Shown: positions 39,657-53,711, counted from the stretch's first letter. The stretch is 64,000 nucleotides of DNA from Octopus vulgaris (GCA_951406725.2 OX597833.1:49228001-49292000), one strand, 5' to 3'. Notes: generated by a model from the sequence alone, not told the origin. A program made the numbers and translations.

Positions 39657-40520
39657 CGAGGGCTGTCAATAGGTATCCGGACTGTTACCATAGTAACGAG
39701 GCTAAAGCACACAGAGTAAATCCGCATGGTACAGATTAACCTTAAACTCTGCTGTGCACGTGCACTAAGTTTTAACGTTCTAGCGCACTTCCGCTGTTTA
39801 CAGCAGCGCTTCGAAGGAATGTGTGTAGCGTGTGATCGTCACATTGACCATGACAGAGAAAGCTGAGCAGACAATCTGCATCAAATTTTGCCAAAAGCTT
39901 GGCAATATCTGCTCAGAGGCCAATGCAAAGTTTTCAAAAAGTTTCATCGTTCTCGACACAATCAAGGAAATTTTGTGCAACTAAAATCCGAGTGTCTTTT
40001 TTGGTCAGCTGAAAGCTGTTTTGGCACATACTTGGCAGACACGTGTCTCATACCCAAATCTTCAGTGATAAGGGACTGAACTGAACCGTAACTAATCTGT
40101 ACATCCCCTGATAACTCACGGATGGTGATTCGACGATTTCCCAATAGCTTCACGCACATCGGCGATGTTTTTCTCAGTTCTACTGTTTGCTGGTCTCCCA
40201 AAACGTTCATCAATATTGACCTTATTTCGGCCATCTTGGAAACGTCTCAACCACTCGTACACTTGTGTGCGGCTCATGTACTCCTCTCCATACTCTTTCT
40301 GCAACTTTGCGTAGGGATTTGAGCAGGTATCGCCATGACAACTTTCACTGTCATGGTCAAAGCAACGATCACATGTTACACACCTTCCTTCTAAGCAGTG
40401 CTGTAAACAGCGGAAGTGAGCACAGCTGTGTTGAAGGTCAATCTTTGCCAAGCGGCTTTACCCTGCGTGCTTTAGCTTCGTTACGATGGCAACAGCTAGG
40501 ATCCTTATTGATCAGCCCGC
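39657..40520. mobile_element. Mariner derivative built from two opposed 5' ends
   Basis: + arm encodes MTEKAEQTICIKFCQKLG; - arm encodes MSRTQVYEWLRRFQDGR..DERFGRP..LGMRHVSAKYVPKQL; inverted termini. Confidence 0.85.
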
Positions 40521-41015
40521 ATGTGCATGTGTGTGTATGTGTGTGTGTGTGTGTGTGTAGGGACACTGATTAGGGACACTGATTATGGCTGACGGAAAGG
40601 ACAAGGAAGTATCCAATATATGAAATATACGGGGTAAAGCTCCGTAAATGTAATATACTGAATTGGAAAAACTGATAAACTGAAATTATCCTTGGACAGT
40701 AAAGAAATTAAGAAAACCGCTTTATATGTATGTTGGAAGATCATTTCGTTTTGAATGGGGAGATAATTTCATGAACTTACGATATAATTATTGGGAATAA
40801 GAGCCAATAAAAGAATTTATACCAATGGATATTCTGAGTTTTTTTTTCTTCTTTCTGTTTGCTCATTGGATTGATTTATGGAAATTGTCCTTGGCCATAA
40901 ATATGTTTAACTCAGTTTTGTTATCTATATTGTGGCTTTGAAGTAGGACAACTGTTGTGCTGATGATGTCTAATGAAACAGAAACACGTGTCCACAGCTG
41001 TGTTCTTGTCCACAG

Positions 41016-41136
41016 ACAGTCAAACTATCTTTGACGAGGTGTCAGTTTCCGAAAATCGAGAGATTATTTCCCCTTCTCATTCGGAGTTAGACGCAATTAC
41101 CGCAAAATCAAGAATTTATTTTGCAGAGTATTTGAT
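41016..41136 (+). CDS. Candidate 121-nt internal exon (xSQTIFDEVSVSENREIISPSHSELDAITAKSRIYFAEYLx)
   Basis: TGTGTTCTTGTCCACAG acceptor; GAT|GTAAGT donor; exactly one frame open throughout. Confidence 0.55.
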
Positions 41137-41782
41137 GTAAGTTAATCATGTTCACACACACACACACACACACGCACGTATGTATATGTATGTGCTTCTG
41201 TATATATTGGTGTGGAGGCACATGGCCTAGTGGTTAGAGCAGCGGAATCGCGGTCGAAGGATCGCGGGTTCGAATCTCAGACCCGACGGTGTGTGTGTTT
41301 ATATGAGCGAAACACCTAAGCTCCACGCGGCTCTGGCAGAAGGTAATGACGAAACCTCTGCTGACTCTTTCGCCACATCTTTCTCTCACTCTTTCCTCCT
41401 GCATCTTGCAGCTCACCTGCGACGGACCGGCGTCCCGTCCAGGTGGGGAACCTATACGCCAAGGAAACCGGGAAACCGGCCCCTATGAGCCAGGCACGGC
41501 TCGAGAAGAAACAAACAAATGTATATATTGTGTGTTTATATGACCTATGACGTGGTTGAACAACCAATCGCAACCAGTTGGGATTCATACTACCGGTTGT
41601 ACTGTTCATTCTTTCGATTGCTGAATACAAAACGTGACTCTCGAGATCTCCCTTCGGGTGATTTTCCTGAGTCACCACCTCACTCTGGTAAGCCAGGTTA
41701 CATCTGACCAGACTGGAACAACGTTAAGTGGGGTACTTTACTCTAGAACACAATGCACAGCCTGTCAGGGAATCGAAACCAC

Positions 41783-41901
<119 letters not shown>

Positions 41902-42072
41902 ATATATCTATCTATCTGTTTGTCTGTCTGTCTGTCTATGTCTGTCTATTTATCTATCTATCTACCTATCACTCTCTCTCTCTCTCTATGTACATATATA
42001 TATACATACATACACACACACATATATATATATGCATATATATGTATATATACACACATATATATATATACA

Positions 42073-42108
<36 letters not shown>

Positions 42109-42226
42109 TATATAAATATATATACACATATATATACACATAAACACGATTCTCTTTTAATTTCTTTACCTGCTCCAGCATATATATGTATGTGTGTGTA
42201 TCTCTCTCTCTTGCTCTCCTTCTCAC

Positions 42227-42315
<89 letters not shown>

Positions 42316-42460
42316 CATGCATACACACACGTAGTAGACACACGTACATATTTGCAACACCACGCTTCTTACGCATGAGCTCAGCATTCACGTTACAGAT
42401 GTTTGTACACAGCAAACACTCACGTAGTGCGCTAACCATTTTGTTTCTTCTCTTTTCCAG

Positions 42461-42482
42461 ACATGTGATAGTAGAACAATGA
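42461..42482 (+). CDS. Candidate terminal exon coding part (xHVIVEQ*) followed by an A/T-run-rich 3' UTR-like tract to ~43205
   Basis: Branch point GCTAAC, pyrimidine tract TTTTGTTTCTTCTCTTTTCCAG; AATAAA at 42567, 42669 and 43198. Confidence 0.5.
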
Positions 42483-42601
42483 ATACATGTAGGCGCCAAT
42501 ATAAATACTTATAGACGATTGTGGAACGCTAAATTAGGTTGGAATTTGATTCGTGCCACTAACCTTAATAAATGGTTCTATTTATGTTTATTTTTTTAAT
42601 C

Positions 42602-42632
<31 letters not shown>

Positions 42633-43379
42633 TTGTATGCAATTAATGTATGGTTTGACAAGAAACGAAATAAAGAAATAAACTCATTTTCAACAGCATT
42701 GGAATGTCTATTGACGTATTAGGTACAAAAAAAAAAAAAGAAGGAAAAAAATAAAAGGAAAAGAGAATAAAGGAAGGATGAGGAACAAAAAATTAAACGA
42801 TGAAATCTTTTTTCTCTTTGAAATTGAATACAACAAAAAACAAAAACAAAAACAAAAAAAAAAATGTCAGTTACATAAGAAAATGTTTCGGTGAATAAAG
42901 AAGATAAAAAAACTCTAAGGTTTTAAAATAATAAATACATCGAATATAAAAGAACTTTGAAATTCATTAAAACAAAAGAGAATTTAACAAAAAAAAAAAA
43001 AAAAAAATTAAACGATAAAAAAAAAAGCTGAAGAATTCAAAAAACAATTGAATTTATTCTGTATTAATTGAAAATTTAACAGTGGTGAGGAGCAATTTAT
43101 TTATTTTGCTTCCATAGAATAATACAAAGCAAAAACAAGCTAGCATTGCTGTACAAGAGCAAAATGGTTGAAGCAGAACGTAAATATATCGAATACAAAT
43201 AAAATATAACAATATAAAATGACGCTATATGTATGCATGCACGTATGCATGTATATACACATGTATGTATCTATGTAGGAAGTTATGCATATATATATTC
43301 TATTATTCGTTTATTCTTTCAGTCTTTTATTCGTTTCAGCTCAAAGGCTGCGGCCATGCTAGGACGTCACCAGTATTAT

Positions 43380-44370
43380 CACCTTTTCAATGGCCATTCT
43401 TTTGTGATTGGCTTTTAGTGGGAGTTCGATGCTGCTGCCGTCTTTTGACTTTTATGCTGCAAACGCAGGTTCATCTGGGACCTTGGACAGCAGATTTCTG
43501 GGACCTGGGACAGTTTCTTGAAAACATCTACCTCTTCTCCACATAAATCTTTCAGGTGTTTTGGCAAGATATTGAAAAGCTGTGGGCCTTTTGAAGTGCA
43601 TGGCCCTCACTCTAAACGGGACGGGTGTGACCTTCTGAACAGTGCCGTGACGTCCAGTTCGGGGGCTGGTATAACTCTCAATGCCAAAGTTTGGTGCCAA
43701 ACCCGTTTGGATTTATCCATAGACACTAAACATCTCTCCCGTCTCCGCTCTAAGGAATAGACTCGTAACTCTTTCTCTCTCTCCATGTAGCTCAGCTCTT
43801 CCACTGATGCAATCTTTCTGGTGTAGCACCGCCGAGCTGCCTTAATTTCCGCTATTAGCTTGACACTGTGGGGTTGACCACAGATGAAAGGAGTAGTCCA
43901 GACAGCCGAGAACAGATGTCCTCCATAGACCCAGTTTCAAGGTCCTTTGTTTTGAAAGTTCTTAAAATCCAACCGGCCATGCGCTTGAATACTGTCACCC
44001 ACCTTGTGACATGTATATGAAACGAGGCGTTGTTGCTCATGTTACTCCTCACTCCCCAGATCATGCTTTGTACCTTGACTCTGTGACTGCCGCTCCTTTT
44101 GCGCCAAAGTATCTTTGTTACTGCATGTTAGCGCAGTAACAAGCTGGGTGATAGCGGAGGGACTAGAATTTTCCTGCATTAAATTGCGTGATGTTTTCTT
44201 CGGCCTATTTATAAATGACATCTAGACCTTTCTGTAGAAGATTATCATCAAAAACTTCCTCGACTGTTTTTACCACTTTTGTATTGTCGGCATAGATAGT
44301 AAGTGAGGGTGTCTATGTAACTGATTCATTGTCCGAAAGAGCTACCATAAATAGCAGCAACCCCAAGACA
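43380..44370 (-). mobile_element. CR1-clade LINE 3' fragment
   Basis: LTIYADNTKVV (YADD-like), GWILRTF, LSYMEREKELRVYSLERRRER, GPQLFNILPKHLKDL. Confidence 0.85.
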
Positions 44371-44395
44371 TATATATCTCTATATGTTATACATG

Positions 44396-44450
<55 letters not shown>

Positions 44451-44477
44451 CACACACACACACACACATACACACAC

Positions 44478-44994
44478 ATATCGTGAAGTATATTTGTCAC
44501 CTAAACGTGGCTAACCCTTAAGGGTCGATGCTACTGTATCTTGTAGCCCCAAGAAATTATCCCCTCCAGCTGGCTATTGACACACTATTTGTGCCCTCTC
44601 AGTATTTGCAAAGGAAAAACCATCGTTCCCATCTCCAGCCTGAATTGATACACACGGATCCGAGTTTCTGAGTATTGACCCATCATCAGCGTGTGACAAC
44701 CACCGGTTGGCGTTAGGAAGTGGTTCTCAATGCAAATATATATATACTTTTTTTCCAGTGACGAAAAGTGATCTCGAAAAAGTGGAAAGAAGCAATAATA
44801 AATCTCTGAGCGAGTATTTGCAAAGGGCTGGAGATGGGAGTTGGGAACGATGACCTCCCTTTGCTAATACTGATCGGGCACAGATAGTGTGTCAATAGCC
44901 AGCTGGAGGAGATGTCTCCCTCGGGCTACAAGCTACAGTAGCAACTAATCTTAAGGGTTAGCCACATTTAGGTGGCAAATATACTTCACGATAT
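44478..44994. mobile_element. Fold-back element with ~160-bp inverted arms enclosing a hammerhead motif
   Basis: ATATCGTGAAGTATATTTG.CACCTAAA.GTGGCTAACCCTTAAG at both ends in inverted orientation. Confidence 0.85.
44651..44695 (-). ncRNA. Type I hammerhead ribozyme motif
   Basis: CACACG-CTGATGA-TGGGT caat ACTCA-GAAA-CTCGG-ATC-CGTGTG; stem I 6 bp, stem II 5 bp, weak stem III. Confidence 0.7.
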
Positions 44995-46069
44995 ATAAGT
45001 TTACTGTTCCGTTAAGGTAGGATTAGCATAAAATGACACCATCCAGTGAGAGATAAATATCATTTAATGTAGACTGCATTTAAAATAAGAGTTACAAATA
45101 GTTACTTGCCATTGAGACACGTGGTTAGGCAGATTTTTATACCTTGCCTTGTGTCTCTAAGCAATATTCATGCTCTTGGCATATAGTTTGTTTTATTTGA
45201 AAATCAGAAAGCTAGCATATGAGAATCCATGAGAAGAAAAAAATCGAGAAGTTGATGCAAAAAGCGGAATGCAAAAAGACGAAAAATGAAAAAAAAACCG
45301 GAAAATACTTCTACTTTCATCACATAAAAAACTAATTACGATAGTTACTATTTAAAAAAAAAATCCTACATAACTGGTATATTGGATATATACAAGGTAG
45401 CATCGCTAAATTATTAGAATTGTTTTTACTCTTAGATAAATTTCACACTTTTTCACATAAATAGATAAAGTAATCAGAGAAGTTGCGATAAACACAAATT
45501 TATATTATTAGCGCTCTTGTTGTTTGGAACACTGCATTTGTTCTAAGTGCTACTGGTTGCTAAACCACAACGGATAATAAAGGGAACACTTTATTACATT
45601 ATATTACAGGGAAATAATGTAACTAAATAAAGGAATATAAAGAACATTTATTATTATACCAGTCCCTTATTCTTTTCTCTTTACTCTTTTACTTGCTTCA
45701 GTCATTTGACTGTGGTCATGCTGGAGCACCACCTTTAGTCGTGCAAATTGACACCGGGACTTATTCTTTGGAAGCCTAGTACATATTCGATCGGTCTCTT
45801 TTGCCGAACAGCATCGGTTGTCAAGCGATGTTGGGGGGACAAACACAGCCACACACATATATATATATACATATATACGACGGGCTTCTTTCAATTTCCG
45901 TCTACCAAATCCACTCACAAGGCTTTGGTCGACTCGAGGCTATAGTAGAAGACACTTGCCCAAGGTGCCACGCAGTGGGACTGAACCCGGAACCATGTGG
46001 TTCGTAAGCAAGCTACTTACCACACAGCCACTCCTACACCCTTGTGAACTTTTCGTGAAATGATATTTG

Positions 46070-48616
46070 GTTAATGGTGTAAAATCTAGTTTTACCTACA
46101 ATAGCACAATTTATGTTCAACATTTCAAGTCTAATCAAACGGTCTTGTTCCAAAGGCGAACGGTTTTATTTTTAATCTGCTTCTAAGCGTTGAGACTCCA
46201 TTCTCCGGAAGCAACAGATGTTGGTAGACTTTAAAAATATATTCTCAATGCAATCATAACATATGAAAATATTCCAGTGAATAGCAAAGTTAGAATCACC
46301 GGTGGAAATTTGTTTAGCATTTGATCTAGCTTACACTTTATTAAATGCATTCATTTAAAAAATAGAATCTCTTTTCAAAGTTCTTCATCAGTTAGATTAT
46401 TAAATTGTCAAAGAAATACAAAGCGGGCACTTATCAAATGCATTGACTCAAATCTTAGTTCAAGCTCACGTACTTTAAACAGAATCTATATCTATAAAAG
46501 GCAAGATGTGTGTGTGTGTACGTGAATGTACTTTATGCACATCCACAAATTAGCATGCATGTCGCTCCAATTTTAGGAGGACATTGGTTACAACCATGGC
46601 TGTGCTTTTGTCAACTTATTTTTCCCGAGGCACCCCCGAATAGCGGTAAAATTAGCTTTTCAACCATAACTTTTACCAATTTTCCCCGTTGGTGAAATCC
46701 GCAAGTTTGCTAACATGAGTTAAGTCCCCTGTCTTATAGATTAATTCATCCTACTACAATGCCTCCGAAAAAGATTGGATTTGGACTACCTAAGCAATCT
46801 CAGCATAGGAAAAGAGAGAGAGCTGAAGAGCCGGACTATCAGCAGAACCATTTGTAAAATATTAAAACTTTTTGGGCCGAAACCTGGCAATAAGAGCTTG
46901 CAGATATTCCGCTACAAAACATTCAATAATATCAAAGCAGTACCTTTCATAAATCAGGGTATAATTTTTGAAGACTCTTTCTGAACCCAGTCAACGACGG
47001 GTATTTCTGCTAGTACTGCTTTATAAGAAGACAAAAAGACATTCGCTTTGTAATGGCGCCCGTCTGTAGACTGAGCTGGTCATGTACAACCAGTGAAGAA
47101 TTCGGATGAAATTCCAATGTTCTCTGCTAATTGTTTGGATGCTTTTAGGTTTGAAGTTAATTATTCTTAGTTTCATCGAATGTAATTCATGAGACTGCCA
47201 ATGTTTATTTCTTTATTACCCACAAGGGGCTAAACATAGAAGGGACAAACAAGGACAGACAAAGGGATTAAGTCGATTACATCGACTCCAGTGCGTAACT
47301 GGTACTTAATTTATCGACCCCGAAAGGATGAAAGGCAAAGTCGACCTTGGCGGAATTTGAACTCAGAACGTAGCGCCAGACAAAATACCTATTTCTTTAC
47401 TACCCACAAGGGGCTAAACAGAGAGAGGACAACCAAGGACAGACAAAGGGATTAAGTCGATTACATCGACCCCAGTGCATAACTGGTACTTAATTTATCG
47501 ACCCCGAAAGGATGAAAGGCAAAGTCCACCTCGGCGGAATTTGAACTCAGAACGTAGCGCCAGACAAAATACTGCTAAGCATTTCGCCCGGCGTGCTAAC
47601 GTTTCTGCCAGCTCGCTGCCAAGACTGCCAATGTTATCCTTCTCAGTATTAATTCTACAGTTGCATGCTTCAGTTATCAGATTCATTTAGTAGATCATTG
47701 TCAGTACCTTTAATGATGAAGATGATAACAGAATGCACTGAAATGTAGACATGTATTTAAAAATGCTTATCTATTTCAGTTTGAGCTTGTACAGTTAGAT
47801 TTAGGTATTCAAGCTCAGTTGATGCTTTTCTGATGACATGTACATGTTGTGCAATAGGTTTAACATTATTTGAACAAACAGATCACCTGGTCCTGAACTT
47901 GTTACGCAAATAAACATAACTTCAGAATTTCCCACATTACTGGACTGTTGCTCAACATTTTGTTCATTTGTCGAATTGTTCCCAAGTATACAGCTGCTTC
48001 CTTGCATGGCTCAGTGCAGTTAAAACTAAGATTTTATTTTATATCTGGAGTAAATTCATTTTTAATTAAGCTCTATTGAACTTAATTATAACTTCCACAC
48101 ATTTGATTCATTATCATAGGTTATCCGTTGCATATGGGAAAATCAAGCTTAAAGGTTTTCTGAAATAGTATTTGAGTGACAATTTAATTTTCATTTTCTA
48201 TTGGGAACTTACAAAATAAAATGAACTTTTTAAAATTGAAAGTATTGAACTACCAACTGTTCTTGCTTTCCAAATGGTCGCAGGAAGATGATAAGTTGTA
48301 TAGTTGCATATCATAAATGAGAATTCATTATGGTCATAAAAGAAACTAAATTGAATAGATATCAGCAATTAAACAGCATCAACTGGGAGATTAATTGATA
48401 ATTCATTAAATGAGCTAAGGATAGTGGCTAATACCTGAAAACAGTCAAATGAGAAATGTTTAAATGTTACTTTGTCTGGTCGTTTGTTTTTCTTTGTATG
48501 AATAATCTGGCGTGACATCGACAATTGTTGATCAATATCTAGCATTTCAAATCTCATCAAGGATTTTCATTAGTGCAAATTTTCCGCAAACCTCAAAGAA
48601 TTCGTTTAGAGTGTAC

Positions 48617-48699
<83 letters not shown>

Positions 48700-49640
48700 A
48701 GCCTTGAATTCTCTTAAGATGTTTTTGTGATTCTCGCTCCAATTTGAGATGTTCAGCAAAAAGTGGGTCATATTTGCTGAGAAGTCCAATGATGTCGAGA
48801 AAGTTTCCATCCTTTCAGTCATAAGATCGTTGACTGGACTAAGAAAAGCTAATCCACGCTCAGACCAAGTAACATTTAAACATTTCTCATTTGACTGTTT
48901 TCAGGTATTAGCTCCTATATTTAGCTCAGTTAATAAATTATCAATTAATCTCCCAGTTGATGCTGCTTAATTGCTGATACCTATTCAATTTAGTTTCTTT
49001 TATGCCCATAATGAATTCTCATTTATGATATGCAACCATGCAACTTATCATCTTCCCTTCAACCATAATAAATATTCTGGTCAGAATGTCCTGAGATTAT
49101 TGTATAAGTTTCATTGAAAAGAAAGCAAGGGACACAGCACAAAGACTGCTTTTCGACGATCTAATATATCCGGTGTCTTGAACAGGTTTTACCATTTAGA
49201 AAAAGGTCATAGACAATATGCAAAAGAATATTTATCAGAATGTCGAAGAGTGCATTTTTTTTTCTTCGGATTTCAAAACCATTTCGTGAAGACAGTGCAT
49301 TTGATCTGCATTGATTTTATCAATAATTCCAATATCAAGCAAAGTCAAAACAGAAGCATTCGTGGGTCGCTGCTCTGCTCTTCCTGTTCACATGATATTT
49401 TAACTGGAATTTCTGCATCAGTTGATATCTGTGGCCCGGCCTACATCGTATGTTTCTCTTGCTGTTGGTATTTCAGAACTAGTTACAATATCACTTTTTG
49501 CTGATGGAGTCAGAAACTGAATTATTGTTGGTAAGCTGTTAACAGTTGAATTATTCAATAGCTTCCACCATCTCTTGTTTGGCTTACTTTCCAGCTTTCT
49601 CTTCAGACGTAAACAATATTATTTGGAAAGCAAAGCATAA
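46070..49640 (-). pseudogene. Decayed hAT (Tip100/ZMYM1-like) transposase with nested insertions
   Basis: GNFLDIIGLLSKYDPLFAEHL; KILDEI*NARY*STIVDVTPD; IALRI..SLPTSVASGEWS (hAT dimerisation motif). Confidence 0.7.
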
Positions 49641-49701
49641 ATTTTCATCTTTTTTTTATTTTTGTAATATTGATAGTATGTAATATAAAAAATACAAGAT
49701 T

Positions 49702-49952
49702 AAGAAGAAGAAGAAGAAGAAGAAGAAGACGAAGAAGAAGAAGAAGAAGGAGAAGAAGAAGAAGAAGGAGAATAAGAAGGAGACGAAGAAGGAGACGAAG
49801 AAGAAGAAGAAGAAGAAGAAGAAGAAGGAAAAGAAGAAGAAGAAGGAGAAGAAGAAGGAGACGAAGAAGAAGAAGAAGAAGAAGAAGAAGAAGAAGAAGA
49901 AGAAGAAGAAGAAGAACAACAACAACAACAACGACGACAACAACAACAACAA
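49702..49952. repeat. (GAA)n then (CAA)n microsatellite
   Basis: Direct reading. Confidence 0.95.
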
Positions 49953-50399
49953 AAGTATAATGAATATCTTTCACGCGGAATAAATATTGCAAAGAATGTT
50001 ATTTCTTAATTTTCCTTCGCCGTACAAAAAAGTCTAAGCTTTATGAAAAATCGATTAATCGGTAAATAACCGATTGTGAAAGTTCCAGACAAATATCAAC
50101 CAATTTCAATAAATCTTAAAACGTAATACGAATATTCTCCAGTTAAAACGTTGTTTCGTAATGTCACTCGAGATGCGAGATTATGGTGCACTTGTTCTAA
50201 AAGGGAAATGCGATTGTGTTGTGCTGAGGCTACGAGGTGCTCTGTTAGAGCCATTGATAGTTTGTAATTTGCCTTTTAAATCAAAATAGCAGCCACGTTT
50301 CTAGATTGAAATTGCTACAAATTAAAGACGTGACGAACAGTGAAAAATGAAAATGTCTGGTTAGAAGTTGAATCTAGTTGTGAGACGCCTTTGAAGTTG

Positions 50400-51080
50400 T
50401 GATCAATGCCAAATGGCTCCTGTGCCCCATCTCTGATTGGTTATGTGGACTCTTGCCTCAGAGAAATTCGATGAAAGCACTGTTGTTCTATATATCAGTT
50501 AAGCCTTCGACTGTGTTTTTTTCGCTCAAACTTCCTACCGAAACATGCCGTCAAAAGGCTCCATCCATTTGTCAACTCTATGATCGGTAGCTTCCTACGA
50601 GATCACACCTTCGCAGTATGTATTGACAGAATTCGTTGGGTCCTACTCTCAGTCAAGTCTCGTAAACCCCAGGTTTTAGTTTTGTCTCCTACTCTGTCTG
50701 TCTGTCTGTCTGTTTCTCCCGCTCTTTCACTCTCTTCACATATAACACTTTTGCCCCAACCATGCATCATTCAAGGCAACCGAAACACAACATGCCAAAT
50801 CTGAACTGATTCCATATTGAAAAATATCTTTTAGGGTCACGCCAATCTTGTCTCAATAAACTCTGATACTCGAAGTTGGCTGATCATGTAACTCCCCCAT
50901 CCTCAGACATCTTCAATCTAATGGTCCCTCCTACCCTCATTTCTCTTGTAGTGTCTAGAATATTTATCTCCAGGACATCGACTCTCTGAAATCTTCTCCC
51001 TTTTAATGTCTTTCCTGTGGATGTCGATTTGCAACAGTCTAAACGAAATATTTACGGTATCAATGTTATCAGTCCTGTGA
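50400..51080 (+). mobile_element. Highly decayed LINE RT fragments (L2/Jockey-like)
   Basis: KLP..SFLRDHTFAVCID..PQVLVLSPTL (VPQGSVLSPTL-like); NLLPFNVFP..DLQQSKRNI. Confidence 0.55.
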
Positions 51081-51575
51081 GATGGAAACTTCAAAGCGCA
51101 TAAATACTGCCTCTTTCTTCATGTAGATATATATTTGCTAGGAGTGTACACACACACACACACACACACATGACATACATACATATCTCATACATATTTT
51201 AAAATTTCTTATATATATGTGTACATATATATTTCTAAATTTTTTATGCGCCTGGTTTCTGTGTTCCCTCCTGCTGGACTGGACGCCAGTCCATCGCAGC
51301 GTTACTCAAGAAACAGGAAGAGAGAGTGAGAGAAAGTTGGGGCTTAAGAGTACAACAAGGGTCGCTACCAACCCCTGCCGGAGCCTCGTGGAGCTTATAG
51401 GTGTTTTCACTCAATAAACACACAGAACATCCGGTCTGGGAATCGAAACCGCGATCCTCCGACCGCGAGTCCGCTACCCTAACGACTGGGTCATTGCGCC
51501 TCCACGTACATACATATACATACCTATGTATATGTATATATTTATGTATAAATATACATACATACACACACATAA

Positions 51576-51643
<68 letters not shown>

Positions 51644-52953
51644 GTATATGTGTGTATGTGTATGTATGTATGTATGCATGCATGCGTATGTACATGTAAT
51701 ATATAATGACGACAGTGAAGGCAACCATTCTGAGAATACCAATCGCCGACTATCCTTCGTTGTAGGATTATCATTTTTGGGGACTCACAGCCCCAGGCGA
51801 ATCTGAAGGGGGCGGGCGTCACTCTCGTCAACCTTCATGAATTTTATTAAGGGAAGAGCAGTTCAGTCCTTCACCTCCACCGGTAGATAGGTCTTTAAAA
51901 AAAAAAAGTTAATTAAATGTTTCGTAGGAAAAGAAAAAAAAAAAATCTCTCCTCCGCCCTCTCAAGTCTCAGTTCATAATAAATACAACATATTTCACTA
52001 GATACATAAATACAAGAATAAAAACCTCTGGCCTACTTTGCAAAAGAATGCGACGGGAATTTTTTTTCAAAAAAATGAACTTAGCTGACGGCCGCATCCA
52101 TCCTACACGTTATAAGCAACAGTCCAGCATAATACCACTGGTCGTCTTCAGAGACTAGACAAGCGAGTTTAAAGTACAGACGTGACGATAAGTTTGGAGA
52201 ATAGCTCTGAAAATTAGACTTTTTATATTAAATACCCATTGTTATATTTAATTTGCAATATATTAATACTTGATTAAAAGCTTGGAACATGGGCTGCGTG
52301 GTAAGAAGCTTCCTTCTCAATCACATGGTTCCGGGTTCAGTTCAACTGCTTGGCACCTTGGCCAAGTGTCTTCTACTAAAGCCTCGGGCCGACCAAAGCC
52401 TTGTGAGTGGATTTGGTAGACGGAAACTGAAAGAAGCCCGTCATGATATATATGTATATATTTGTGTTTGTATCTATGTTTGTCTCCCCTCCCCACCGAT
52501 GCTGGTGTGTTTACGTCCCTGTAACTTATTTGGGCAAGTGTCTTATACTATAGCCTCGGGCCGACCAAAGCCTTGTGAGTGGATTTGGAAGACGGAAACT
52601 GAAAGAAGCCCGTCATAATATATATATGTATATATTTGCGTGTTTGTATCTGTGTTTGTCTCCCCTCCCCACCGATGCTGGTGCGTTTGCGTCCCTGTAA
52701 CTTATTTTTGTTTCAGTTTACGAATAAAATGAAACGTTACGTTGACAGCTGCAAGATTTGAATAAGGACAGTATTTTATGGTAATCAGATTTAAAGTGAT
52801 TATCCATAAGGCTGATATTAGTTTGTAGCATATCTTTGTCCATTTCGTTTGTTGAAATTTGTAGATTATTGTTTTATTTTCAGAGCAAAGTTACAGTTTC
52901 CGACTATTAATGAAATGATATAATTTAGACGAAGTTATATATATATATGTATG

Positions 52954-53068
<115 letters not shown>

Positions 53069-53073
53069 ATTAT

Positions 53074-53705
53074 ATAATAATTCTCTAAATGAGATATAGA
53101 CAGTGACTGCTCCGTAATATAAGGGATATTAGCCAACCGAATATGGCTAGGGACAGGGCAGGGTGGTGGGGGTGTCACTGTTGCATTTAGCCCCAGGCGA
53201 ACATCAACGTCACCAGATAGGCCTGACGCCATCACGGCGTCCTTTGTCTTGCAAAGGGAGATCACTCACCAAGAAGCCGATACCACTGCAACAGTGACAC
53301 CCCCACCACCCTGCCCTGTCCCTAGCCATATTCGGTTGGCTAATATCCCTTATATTACGGAGCAGTCACTGTCTATATCTCATTTAGAGAATTATTATTG
53401 CTGTCGAACGGATTTTCGAAATCAGTAAATGTATTTACTAGAAAATCCTTATATGTGTCTTGCAAAGTTGGTCGTTCATCGAGAAGCGATGCCTACCACA
53501 CGTTGATAATAGGCAACACACCTTGAAACCTAGGTCCGTGTGTGGTATCCGCTTCTTGGTGAGTGATCTCCCTTTGCAAGACAAAGGACGCCGTGATGGC
53601 GTCAGGCCTATCTGGTGACGTTGATGTTCGCCTGGGGCTAAATGCAACAGTGACACCCCCACCACCCTGCCCTGTCCCTAGCCATATTCGGTTGGCTAAT
53701 ATCCC

Positions 53706-53711
<6 letters not shown>
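53074..53711. mobile_element. Young nested fold-back element in (TA)n with a degenerate hammerhead
   Basis: Inverted arms 53074-53185/53287-53398 (no mismatch seen) and 53117-53286/53542-53711 (one mismatch seen). Confidence 0.9.
53497..53542 (+). ncRNA. Degenerate type I hammerhead motif
   Basis: CACACG-TTGATAA-tAGGcaacacaCCTt-GAAA-CCTAG-GTC-CGTGTG; two core substitutions; palindromic stem III ACCTAGGT. Confidence 0.55.

Noticed and set aside
49645-49992. Poly-Arg/Leu/Phe ORFs (protamine-like)
   Set aside because: Pure (GAA)n repeat with no gene context
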